From the NCBI RefSeq assembly GCF_000017945.1, contig NC_009776.1:120001-152000 (forward strand): 32,000 bases of DNA, read 5' to 3'. Position numbers and translations under genes: made by a program. The notes beneath the pieces are model-generated. The model made no database searches, was not told where the DNA came from, and saw only the letters and a program-made list of their open reading frames with translations. This document shows, piece by piece, positions 8,071-15,274 of the stretch (positions are counted from its first letter, which is position 1; every line of letters starts with the position of its first letter). This DNA comes from Ignicoccus hospitalis KIN4/I. GTDB taxonomy: Archaea > Thermoproteota > Thermoprotei_A > Sulfolobales > Ignicoccaceae.

Positions 8071-8748
8071 GTGGCGGTCGCTAGCCTCCCCGGGAGCGCG
8101 CAGACTTCCTCTACCGTTCGCTTCGCGCCCGCTCCCCCGAAAAAGAGCGTACTCATTATGGGTACTTTCGAGCCTAAGTACAAGCTCATAAACTCCCTGT
8201 ATGTAGCCCTAACCAAGTTAGAGGAACTCGATATGGTGTCTTCAGCGGGGATGATAGACAACAACGTCTTCTCCGTACCCGGCGACGAAGCTCCATACGC
8301 TAAAATCATGTTTACTATAGGAAAGAAGACTAAGGAGTACTGGTTAGTAGGCGTCCCGTCCGAAATATCCACGAAAATATTGTCCAACCTTAAGGACAGT
8401 ATAAGAGCGTTTAGGGGGAGTCTCCCGAAGGAGACGATTTACGAAATAGTGGACGACCCAGAGGGCTTGGCCAAAATAATGGGGGGCGTTAAGAGAATAG
8501 TCTACGTCTTCGATCCCGAGACCCAAGCCTACGCCTCCATTGAACTGGCTAACATGCTCGCGGCTTTTGAGGGGAGGAAGGCAGAGAAGGTGGCGGTCGT
8601 TAACGTAGGAAAGGGTATGCCGGCCTTCGTTCCGAGCACCTTACAAGCCCTAGAAAGGCTCGGCTTCGTCAAGGACAGCCTCGTGCTGGAGACGCCCACC
8701 TTGAATAGCTTTGAGATGCTCAAGTTGGCCAAGTTCGTCTTTCTTTGA
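8071..8748 (+). CDS. Conserved-looking hypothetical protein
   Basis: ORF open from 7957, but a TATA-like element (tttatatatgg) near 8020-8030 lies inside the extended ORF, favouring GTG 8071 or later. No family recognised. Confidence 0.6.
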   Translation: MAVASLPGSAQTSSTVRFAPAPPKKSVLIMGTFEPKYKLINSLYVALTKLEELDMVSSAGMIDNNVFSVPGDEAPYAKIMFTIGKKTKEYWLVGVPSEISTKILSNLKDSIRAFRGSLPKETIYEIVDDPEGLAKIMGGVKRIVYVFDPETQAYASIELANMLAAFEGRKAEKVAVVNVGKGMPAFVPSTLQALERLGFVKDSLVLETPTLNSFEMLKLAKFVFL

Positions 8749-9314
8749 TGGAGACCTCATTCAAAAAGCCCTCAGCCCCTTCCCTCGTGGGAGGGGTTTT
8801 GGTAGCGAAAGGCGAGGCGAAGGTATACTTGGACGGCAACGTGTTGTTGGCGGCCTCCACCCTAGAAGATAAGCTGCACGACGAAACGGTAGAGTTCTTA
8901 GACTTGGTGAAGAAGGCCGACTGGGAGCTAGTTATAGGCACCCCCATACTGCTCGAGCTGGAACAGTTGCTCTACTTGGGCGACATGGGCTGGTTCAGGC
9001 TCCGGCACGCGCTTTCGGCGCTCCCCAAGTACGAGATAAAGATAATCGAGGACGACCATAAGAAGGTGCTGGAGCTGGCGAACGAGTACTTGAACGAGAG
9101 GGTTCTGTCAGAGAAGTACTTCACCAACTTGTTAGTCATAGCGTCGGCTACGCTCGGCGACGTTGACTATTTGGTTTCGTGGGACTCTAGGAGGATGGCT
9201 AACAAGAGCGTGGTTACTGCCGTGAACAGGGTCAACTTGAACAAGAAGCTCAGGGAGATAGAGATAGTCACACCTAAAAGGCTATCCCAGATAATTAAGG
9301 AGGAGGTGTTGTGA
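8748..9314 (+). CDS. PIN-like domain protein
   Basis: AKVYLDGNVLLAAS and LGDVDYLVSWDSRRMANKSVVTAVNRVN match N- and C-terminal acidic motifs of PIN domains; ATG overlaps the upstream stop. Confidence 0.7.
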   Translation: METSFKKPSAPSLVGGVLVAKGEAKVYLDGNVLLAASTLEDKLHDETVEFLDLVKKADWELVIGTPILLELEQLLYLGDMGWFRLRHALSALPKYEIKIIEDDHKKVLELANEYLNERVLSEKYFTNLLVIASATLGDVDYLVSWDSRRMANKSVVTAVNRVNLNKKLREIEIVTPKRLSQIIKEEVL

Positions 9315-9315
9315 C

Positions 9316-9516
9316 GTGGCCAAGGCAAGGGAGGAGGAGTCCCTTAGCTTCTTGCTAGACGAGAAGCTCAAGGAGTTCGTCACTAAGAACGTGCTGAAAG
9401 CTAAAATCGAAGAGTACGAGGAAGCTGTCGCCATAGCGAAGGAGGTCGTACTGCCCTTGGCAAAGGCGGTGGAGAGGAGCAAGAAGGTAGTCAGGATGCT
9501 GCTGCTTGGAGGCTGA
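9316..9516 (+). CDS. Small helical hypothetical protein (66 aa)
   Basis: GTG start one base after the PIN gene stop; heptad-rich charged sequence; same strand and tight spacing. Confidence 0.5.
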   Translation: MAKAREEESLSFLLDEKLKEFVTKNVLKAKIEEYEEAVAIAKEVVLPLAKAVERSKKVVRMLLLGG

Positions 9517-9520
9517 TACT

Positions 9521-9964
9521 ATGTTCAAAAAGATACTCATGGCTCATGACTCCAGCTTGTGCGGTTGGAAGGCGTTCGAAGTGGCGCTCGACTTGGCCAA
9601 GAAGTACGGGGCGAAGCTCTACGTGGTCCACGCGGTGGACACCACGGCGATACCCGACATACCTCACAAGGACGTCCTCGTGAAGCCGCTGCTAGAAAGG
9701 GCGGAGAAACTGAAGGGTGAGGTGGAGGAGAAGCTCAAGGAAGCCGGCGTCGAAGGCGAGTTCATAGTAGTTCACGACAACCCGGTCAACGCAATAGTTA
9801 AGAAGGCGGAGGATTTGGACGTCGACCTAGTGGTCATGGGCGCTAGGGGTGCCGGACCGGTGGGCGGTTACCTCTTGGGCAGCGTGTCCACTAGAGTGCT
9901 CTTAACGTGTAACAGGAGCGTCTTGGTCGTTAAGGGAAAGGCGCCCGCGGCCAGCAAGCTCTGA
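9521..9964 (+). CDS. Universal stress protein UspA family
   Basis: MFKKILMAHDSS...DLVVMGARGAGPVGGYLLGSVSTRVLLTCNRSVLVVK: Usp nucleotide-binding GxxGxxx(9)GSVS/T motif. Confidence 0.93.
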   Translation: MFKKILMAHDSSLCGWKAFEVALDLAKKYGAKLYVVHAVDTTAIPDIPHKDVLVKPLLERAEKLKGEVEEKLKEAGVEGEFIVVHDNPVNAIVKKAEDLDVDLVVMGARGAGPVGGYLLGSVSTRVLLTCNRSVLVVKGKAPAASKL

Positions 9965-9972
9965 GGAGTCGC

Positions 9973-11661
9973 TCAACCGAGCAACAACCTCTTGGAGGTA
10001 GCGTTCCTCAACACAATTTCTGCCACCTTTTCGTTGCTTACCACGAAATTGTATTTTCGTACGTCAAAAATTTCCATGGACCCTGTCCTAGCCCTCACCT
10101 TAACCGTAAGGGGGCCCGCGGGGAGCAACCCCTTCAGACGCTCTATCACTTGTTCGAGCTTTCCCCTCAAGCCCAGCTCTTCTATGGCCAGCGTCGCCCC
10201 CTCTAACGGTTCGAGCAGCTCCTTCAGCTCCTCCCCAACCGCTTCAGCTTCCTCTTGCAAGAACCACAGCTTGCCGTAGGGGGAGTAGACGTAAGCCGCT
10301 ATCCCCTCTTCGCCCATCTTCCTCAGAAGCCTCTTAACGCGAGAAAGGGGAAGCGAGGAGAGCTCGGCTATTAGGTCTTCCGGAAGCGCCCTCCCGCGAA
10401 GGACCTCGAGCACCCCGCCGACGCTCGAGACCTTTAACAGTTTCCTCAAGACCTCCGGATCCACGTTGGGGTCTACACCTACCTTCTTGGCTACTTCTAA
10501 TCCCTCTATTAACAAGTCAACGTCTATTGTATCCGGAGTTACTATGAACGTTAGGAACTTCACCTTTTTGTCGCCCTTAGGCCTAAGAAGCCTCCCTATC
10601 CTCTGTATGAGGCGCAGCGCGGAGGAAGTGTTGCTCCAAATGACGAGCAAGTCTATCTCTGGTAGATCTAACCCCTCCTCCCCAGCCGAAGTGGCGACGA
10701 TCACCTTAGCGCTTTTCAAATCTTCAAGCCTTCCCTTACTCTTGCTGGTGAGGGGGAGGGCCCCCAGCTCCTTCGCGACCGCTAGGGCTATGCTGACCCT
10801 ATCTACAAAGACTAGGGCCTTTTCGTACACGTGGTCGTCCAAGACCCTCGTGAGGGCCGGGAGCTTGTGTAACGGCGCCTCCTCATAGCACTTCTCTATT
10901 TGTTGCGAGTACTCCTTGAGGAGCCGCGCTAAGGCGCCCTCCCCCTTAGAGGACTCTCGGAGGGCCATCGGCCCGTCGCGAGCGAGGAACCTCAAGGCTA
11001 AGGATATCAGGAGTCGCGTCTTCTTGTCCGAGCTGGGCCAACGCGACTTGAGGGCCTCGTAGAGCTTCATGCAGCTCTCCGGCAAGGGGGCCTCGTAAAC
11101 CTCGCCTATGTACGGGGGCACGTACTTGCGCACTTCCTCGTCGCTCCACGGGATCTCGATTATCGGGCCTATGTACTTCTCTATAATGCTTCTCCTTTTC
11201 GGAGGTATAAAGGCGCTCAGACCCAAGCGCCACTCGGCCTTGACGGACTTGACAACCTTCACGTAAGGGTCCTTTCCGCTGGTGTGGTGGCATTCGTCGA
11301 CCACCAGTGCGTCGGAATTGGAGAGCTCCGCCAGCCACAGCTCCGCCTCCTCCGGGGTGGCGACGACCACCTCCGCCTTCACGGCCTCCAACTTTTGGGC
11401 TTTCGTCTTTTTCCCGTGTAAGGGCATAGCGTTCAAAGAGAACGCGTTTCTCAAAAGCAGCGAATTCTGTTCTACGAGTATCCTGGTGGGCTCTAGGACC
11501 AAGGCCTTGCGTATTTCGCCCCTCTCGAAGAGTTCCTTAAGCCAAGCTCCGGCCACAACGGTCTTCCCGGAACCGGTCGGCATAACGATTACACATCTTT
11601 TCATTCTCAGTGCTATGTCCAAAGCCCTCAACTGGTAGCTCCTCAGCTTCATAGTTTTCAA
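9973..11661 (-). CDS. Superfamily 2 DEAD/DEAH-type helicase, Hef-like without an evident nuclease domain
   Basis: Walker A MPTGSGKT, DECH box (VVDECHHTSG), VATPEEAE, motif VI-like LIQRIGRLLRP. Confidence 0.85.
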   Translation of the reverse strand: MKTMKLRSYQLRALDIALRMKRCVIVMPTGSGKTVVAGAWLKELFERGEIRKALVLEPTRILVEQNSLLLRNAFSLNAMPLHGKKTKAQKLEAVKAEVVVATPEEAELWLAELSNSDALVVDECHHTSGKDPYVKVVKSVKAEWRLGLSAFIPPKRRSIIEKYIGPIIEIPWSDEEVRKYVPPYIGEVYEAPLPESCMKLYEALKSRWPSSDKKTRLLISLALRFLARDGPMALRESSKGEGALARLLKEYSQQIEKCYEEAPLHKLPALTRVLDDHVYEKALVFVDRVSIALAVAKELGALPLTSKSKGRLEDLKSAKVIVATSAGEEGLDLPEIDLLVIWSNTSSALRLIQRIGRLLRPKGDKKVKFLTFIVTPDTIDVDLLIEGLEVAKKVGVDPNVDPEVLRKLLKVSSVGGVLEVLRGRALPEDLIAELSSLPLSRVKRLLRKMGEEGIAAYVYSPYGKLWFLQEEAEAVGEELKELLEPLEGATLAIEELGLRGKLEQVIERLKGLLPAGPLTVKVRARTGSMEIFDVRKYNFVVSNEKVAEIVLRNATSKRLLLG

Positions 11662-11733
11662 TCCCCTCTAGTCGAGTTTAGGTGCGGTATCCACACTTTT
11701 TAGCGCCTTCCTCTCAACCGCGCGGGAGTCTCT

Positions 11734-12693
11734 GTGAGCTACGCTATAGAAGCTAGAGACCTACGGAAGAGGTACGGCGAGTTCGAGGCGGTGAGGGGAG
11801 TTTCCTTTACCGTCCGGTGGGGGGAGGTCTTCGGTTTCTTGGGTCCCAACGGCGCTGGGAAGACCACAACCATAATGATGTTAACAACGTTGGTTGAGCC
11901 TACGTCCGGCGAGGCCTACGTCGCCGGTTACCACGTTGTAAAGGAGAAGAACGAGGTGAGGAAGAACATCGGAATAGTCTTCCAAGACCCCACCTTAGAC
12001 TCTTACCTAACCGTGTATGAGAACATGTACGTCCACGGCAAGCTTTACGGGATCAAGGGGAACGTCCTTAAAGAGAGGATAAAGGAAGCCTTGACGTTTT
12101 TCGACTTGTGGGAGCACAGGAACAAGGTGGCGAGGTACCTCTCCGGGGGTATGAGGAGGAGGCTTGAACTCGCCCGGGCCATGTTACACGAGCCCAAAGT
12201 CTTGTTCTTAGACGAGCCCACGGTTGGCTTGGATCCGCAGTCGCGCAACAAGGTTTGGGAGTACATAAAGACGCTCAATAAAAAGTTGGGCGTCACAGTA
12301 TTCATGACCACGCACTACATGGACGAGGCCGACGAGATGTGCGACAGGATAGCGATAATAGACCACGGCAAGATAATAGCGGAGGGTAGCCCGGAAGAGC
12401 TCAAGAGCTCCGTCGGGGGCGCGCTAGTTATCGTAAAGACCAAGAAGGAGGCCCCTTGTCCGCAAGGCTTCGAGTGCGAGAAGAAGGGAGATAAATTGAT
12501 CATTTCGCTTAAAAACTTGGGCAAAGAACTAATTGACGTCATAGACTCGTTGAGGTCGTACGAAATAACGGAACTCGACGTGAGGAAACCCACTCTAAAC
12601 GAAGTGTTCTTGAAGCTCACTGGAAGAGAACTTAGAGATGAGGATTCAAATGATTATTTGAAACACATAATCACTAAGAGGATGTGGGGCTGA
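11734..12693 (+). CDS. ABC transporter ATP-binding protein (DrrA-like)
   Basis: GPNGAGKTTTIMMLTTL, YLSGGMRRRLELARAM, LFLDEPTVGLDP; drug/ABC-2 exporter type. Confidence 0.95.
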   Translation: MSYAIEARDLRKRYGEFEAVRGVSFTVRWGEVFGFLGPNGAGKTTTIMMLTTLVEPTSGEAYVAGYHVVKEKNEVRKNIGIVFQDPTLDSYLTVYENMYVHGKLYGIKGNVLKERIKEALTFFDLWEHRNKVARYLSGGMRRRLELARAMLHEPKVLFLDEPTVGLDPQSRNKVWEYIKTLNKKLGVTVFMTTHYMDEADEMCDRIAIIDHGKIIAEGSPEELKSSVGGALVIVKTKKEAPCPQGFECEKKGDKLIISLKNLGKELIDVIDSLRSYEITELDVRKPTLNEVFLKLTGRELRDEDSNDYLKHIITKRMWG

Positions 12694-12697
12694 GAGT

Positions 12698-13465
12698 ATG
12701 GACGTGTTGTTAGCGATGGCATATAGGCAACTGAAAAAGTTCTTGAGAGCAAGGGCCAGAGTGCTGTCAATGCTAACCATGCCGCTGTTCTGGGTGCTCT
12801 TCTTCGGAGTGGGGTGGGCGTCCAGCATGAACTTCCCTGGGATCGAGCTGATCCTAGGTACCGACTACTTAAGCTTCATGTTGCCTGGAGTAATAGCTAT
12901 GACGGTGTTCACTTCCGGACTTATGTCCGGCGCGTCCGTCATATGGGACAGGCAGCTCGGCTTCCTCAAGGAGGTCCTAGTAGCCCCGACCTCCAAGCTG
13001 GAGGCAGTGCTAGGGAGGATCTTGGGTGACTCGTTGGTGGCCTCGCTCCAAGGTTCCGTAATGCTCCTAATAGGCTACTTGATAGCCACGAACATGTACC
13101 TCTCTGGCGCTCTCCCAGCAATCATAATAATGTTCATGACGGCTATGGGCTTCAGCGCGTTAGGAGTGACCATGGCTTCTTTGAGGCACGTAAAGTCCGT
13201 TGAAGGCTTCTTCGCTATGGTGAATTTGCTCATGATGCCGGCCATATTCGCTTCTGGCGCCTTCTTCCCACTAAACAACTTACCGGACTGGTTCTGGATC
13301 ATAAGCTACACGGACCCCTTGACTTACAGCGTAGACTTAATGCGGTACTTCTTGGTAGGCGTGAACAAGTTCGAGCCTCTGAAGGACCTCTGCGCCCTAC
13401 TGGTATTCGACGCGTCGGCGCTGCTGTTAGCGACTAAGCTGTTTGAGCGCTCGGACGTGGAGTGA
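12698..13465 (+). CDS. ABC-2 type transporter permease (DrrB-like)
   Basis: Multi-helix membrane protein immediately downstream of the ATPase; motif LGRILGDSLVASLQG and FASGAFFPLNNLPDWFWIISYTDPLTYSVDLMR. Confidence 0.92.
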   Translation: MDVLLAMAYRQLKKFLRARARVLSMLTMPLFWVLFFGVGWASSMNFPGIELILGTDYLSFMLPGVIAMTVFTSGLMSGASVIWDRQLGFLKEVLVAPTSKLEAVLGRILGDSLVASLQGSVMLLIGYLIATNMYLSGALPAIIIMFMTAMGFSALGVTMASLRHVKSVEGFFAMVNLLMMPAIFASGAFFPLNNLPDWFWIISYTDPLTYSVDLMRYFLVGVNKFEPLKDLCALLVFDASALLLATKLFERSDVE

Positions 13466-13483
13466 GGTTTTTGACTCCCACTT

Positions 13484-13795
13484 ATGGGCAGCGTGGGGTC
13501 TCGGAAGGTGGCTGAGGACGAGGGGATCGTCCTAGTAGTTAGGATAGGTGAGGGGGAAAACGCGAAAGAAATAGAGCTCACTGAGGAAGTACTAAGGAAG
13601 GTAAGGGTCTATCTGAGGACCGAGTACAGCTTGGAGAAGCTCGCCGAGGAGCTAGGCCTCGACGGTTGGGAGGAGGCATACGAGTTCGTGAAGAAGATGC
13701 CGGCCTGGCTGGTCTGGATACCCCCGACCTTGCTTAGGTACAAGATGAAGATGATTGAAGAAAAGCTGAAGAATAACGAACTCCAGTTAAAGTAG
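13484..13795 (+). CDS. Hypothetical protein
   Basis: 103 aa ORF, mostly helical and charged, downstream of the ABC pair. Confidence 0.5.
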   Translation: MGSVGSRKVAEDEGIVLVVRIGEGENAKEIELTEEVLRKVRVYLRTEYSLEKLAEELGLDGWEEAYEFVKKMPAWLVWIPPTLLRYKMKMIEEKLKNNELQLK

Positions 13796-13808
13796 CGGTG
13801 ACCGTGAG

Positions 13809-14159
13809 ATGAAAGTTTTTGTCGGAGGGGAGGAGAGGGAGGTCGACTGTGAGGGGCTTCCGGAGGCCCTCCCCCGTTCCGGCGAATTCGAGGTCAAGGG
13901 CGACCCCCTGGAGTTGGAGAAGTGTTGGCGACTTACCTTGTGGAGGTTGAGGGGGGAAAAGTACGTCCTCTCGTGGGACGTGGAGCCCGGCCACCTAAAG
14001 GGTTTGGTCATTTTGCGGGCCTCGAGGCCTCCCAAAGTAAGGAGAACTCCCTCAAGAGCTCGTGGGCGCCCTCGCGGTAAACGTTCGCGAGGCAGCGAGA
14101 AGAGGAGAGGCGACACTCGGAAGAGAAGCCGCGCTTCCCGTCAACGACGACGAGGGTAG
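13809..14159 (+). CDS. Hypothetical protein with Arg/Lys-rich C-terminal tail
   Basis: 116 aa ORF; first ~70 aa look like ordinary coding sequence, last ~45 aa is highly basic and lies antisense to the opposing ORF. Confidence 0.45.
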   Translation: MKVFVGGEEREVDCEGLPEALPRSGEFEVKGDPLELEKCWRLTLWRLRGEKYVLSWDVEPGHLKGLVILRASRPPKVRRTPSRARGRPRGKRSRGSEKRRGDTRKRSRASRQRRRG

Positions 14160-14865
14160 AGGGGAGCGCGTCCACGGTCCTAACCTCCACGTTCCCCGCA
14201 TTTTTGTTCTTAGGCATGAAAGTTTTGATCAGCAGCTCGATGAATGAAGTAGCGCACGAGGCCTTCAAGACCCACGGGATAAAGGTGTAGGCGAAGTACT
14301 CTCGCCACCAATAGAGCTCGGCGAGGAGCAGAGCGTAGGAGGCGGGCAACGAGGAGCCTATGATTACTCCCAGCAGCGAGTACGGGGTGAGCGCGGCGTT
14401 CAGGTGGGAGGGGAGGAACAAGGACGCAGCTAACAGTGGCAACCTTATGACCGTGCCTTTCATTAGACCTTTGGTTATACACTTAGAGGTCCTCAGGCCC
14501 CAGAACTTCAAGACCTCGCAGCTCTCGTCCGCAGTTATGATCTTCACGCTCACGCCGCTTTCGCTCTTCCTCTTGAGGGCCCTCAGCACCTTATGCGGAA
14601 ACTTTTCCGAGGCTACGTAGATCTCCCTCTCGGCGACCTCTATGAGGGCGAGGGTCGCCTCTTCCAAGTTTATCTTCTCTAGCTGTCTTTCTATTCTATG
14701 TTGTGCTGGGGACCTTTCGCGCTCGAAATAAGGGAGCAACAGAGCCTCGCGTCTGGGGAAAAGGGGTCTCTGTCCTGGACCCCTCGGGAGCGGGGCCTTC
14801 TTCGGGGCCCTCGGGAGGTCGTTGGTAACCTTCACCGAGGGCAACATAAAGCCGAGGTCGGCCAA
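14008..14865 (-). CDS. Membrane protein with split phospholipase D-like (PLD-like) domain halves
   Basis: EIYVASEKFPHKVLRALKRKSESGVSVKIITADES, then hydrophobic helices, then STLVVVDGKRGFSSECRLSSSRCLANVYREGAHELLREFSLLW, like N- and C-halves of a degenerate PLD/TrmB-C-like domain. In-frame coding-like sequence continues upstream to 15021. Confidence 0.6.
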   Translation of the reverse strand: MADLGFMLPSVKVTNDLPRAPKKAPLPRGPGQRPLFPRREALLLPYFERERSPAQHRIERQLEKINLEEATLALIEVAEREIYVASEKFPHKVLRALKRKSESGVSVKIITADESCEVLKFWGLRTSKCITKGLMKGTVIRLPLLAASLFLPSHLNAALTPYSLLGVIIGSSLPASYALLLAELYWWREYFAYTFIPWVLKASCATSFIELLIKTFMPKNKNAGNVEVRTVDALPSTLVVVDGKRGFSSECRLSSSRCLANVYREGAHELLREFSLLWEASRPAK

Positions 14866-15033
14866 GTATTTGATTACGATCTTTCGCTTGTCTTCGGAGA
14901 ACTCCTCTGTGAGTATTACCTTCGCAGTTTCCTTATCGCCGGCCTTTAAAGCTAATATAGCATTCTCTAAGGCCCTTTTCTCTCTTTCGTTGAGGTCTTC
15001 TATACTGGTTATGCTGGACCCCTAGTCGGACGG

Positions 15034-15168
15034 GTGAGGCGTAAGTATTATGCTAGCGCCCTCTCTCGTTTGTACCCTCGCCGGCGGAGGGAGGGGCTCC
15101 GGGAGCTATGCCTTAAACTTTGTGGGACCTTGGGTGGGGTTGAAGTTTTGGAACGATATGTAAACTGA
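15034..15168 (+). CDS. Possible 44-aa small protein (unlisted in the supplied ORF track)
   Basis: GTG at 15034 about 30 bp after a TATA-like 'tctatactgg'; reads VRRKYYASALSRLYPRRREGLRELCLKLCGTLGGVEVLERYVN*. Confidence 0.2.
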   Translation: MRRKYYASALSRLYPRRRREGLRELCLKLCGTLGGVEVLERYVN

Positions 15169-15274
15169 AGCTCGAGGTCCCTAAAGGGCCTCGCTTGAGG
15201 GACCCGCTAGAAATGAAGTTCCCGCACGAGAGGGTTTTGGAAGAAGGGCAAAAACCCTTTGAAGAGGAGCTGGC

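Noticed and set aside
9316-9516. 66-aa protein ending in ...LLLGG, superficially like a Ub-like modifier with a diglycine tail
   Set aside because: The whole sequence looks alpha-helical (EEYEEAVAIAKEVVLPLAKAVERSKKVVRMLLLGG) with no beta-grasp strands, and it is not linked to the E1/JAMM cluster.
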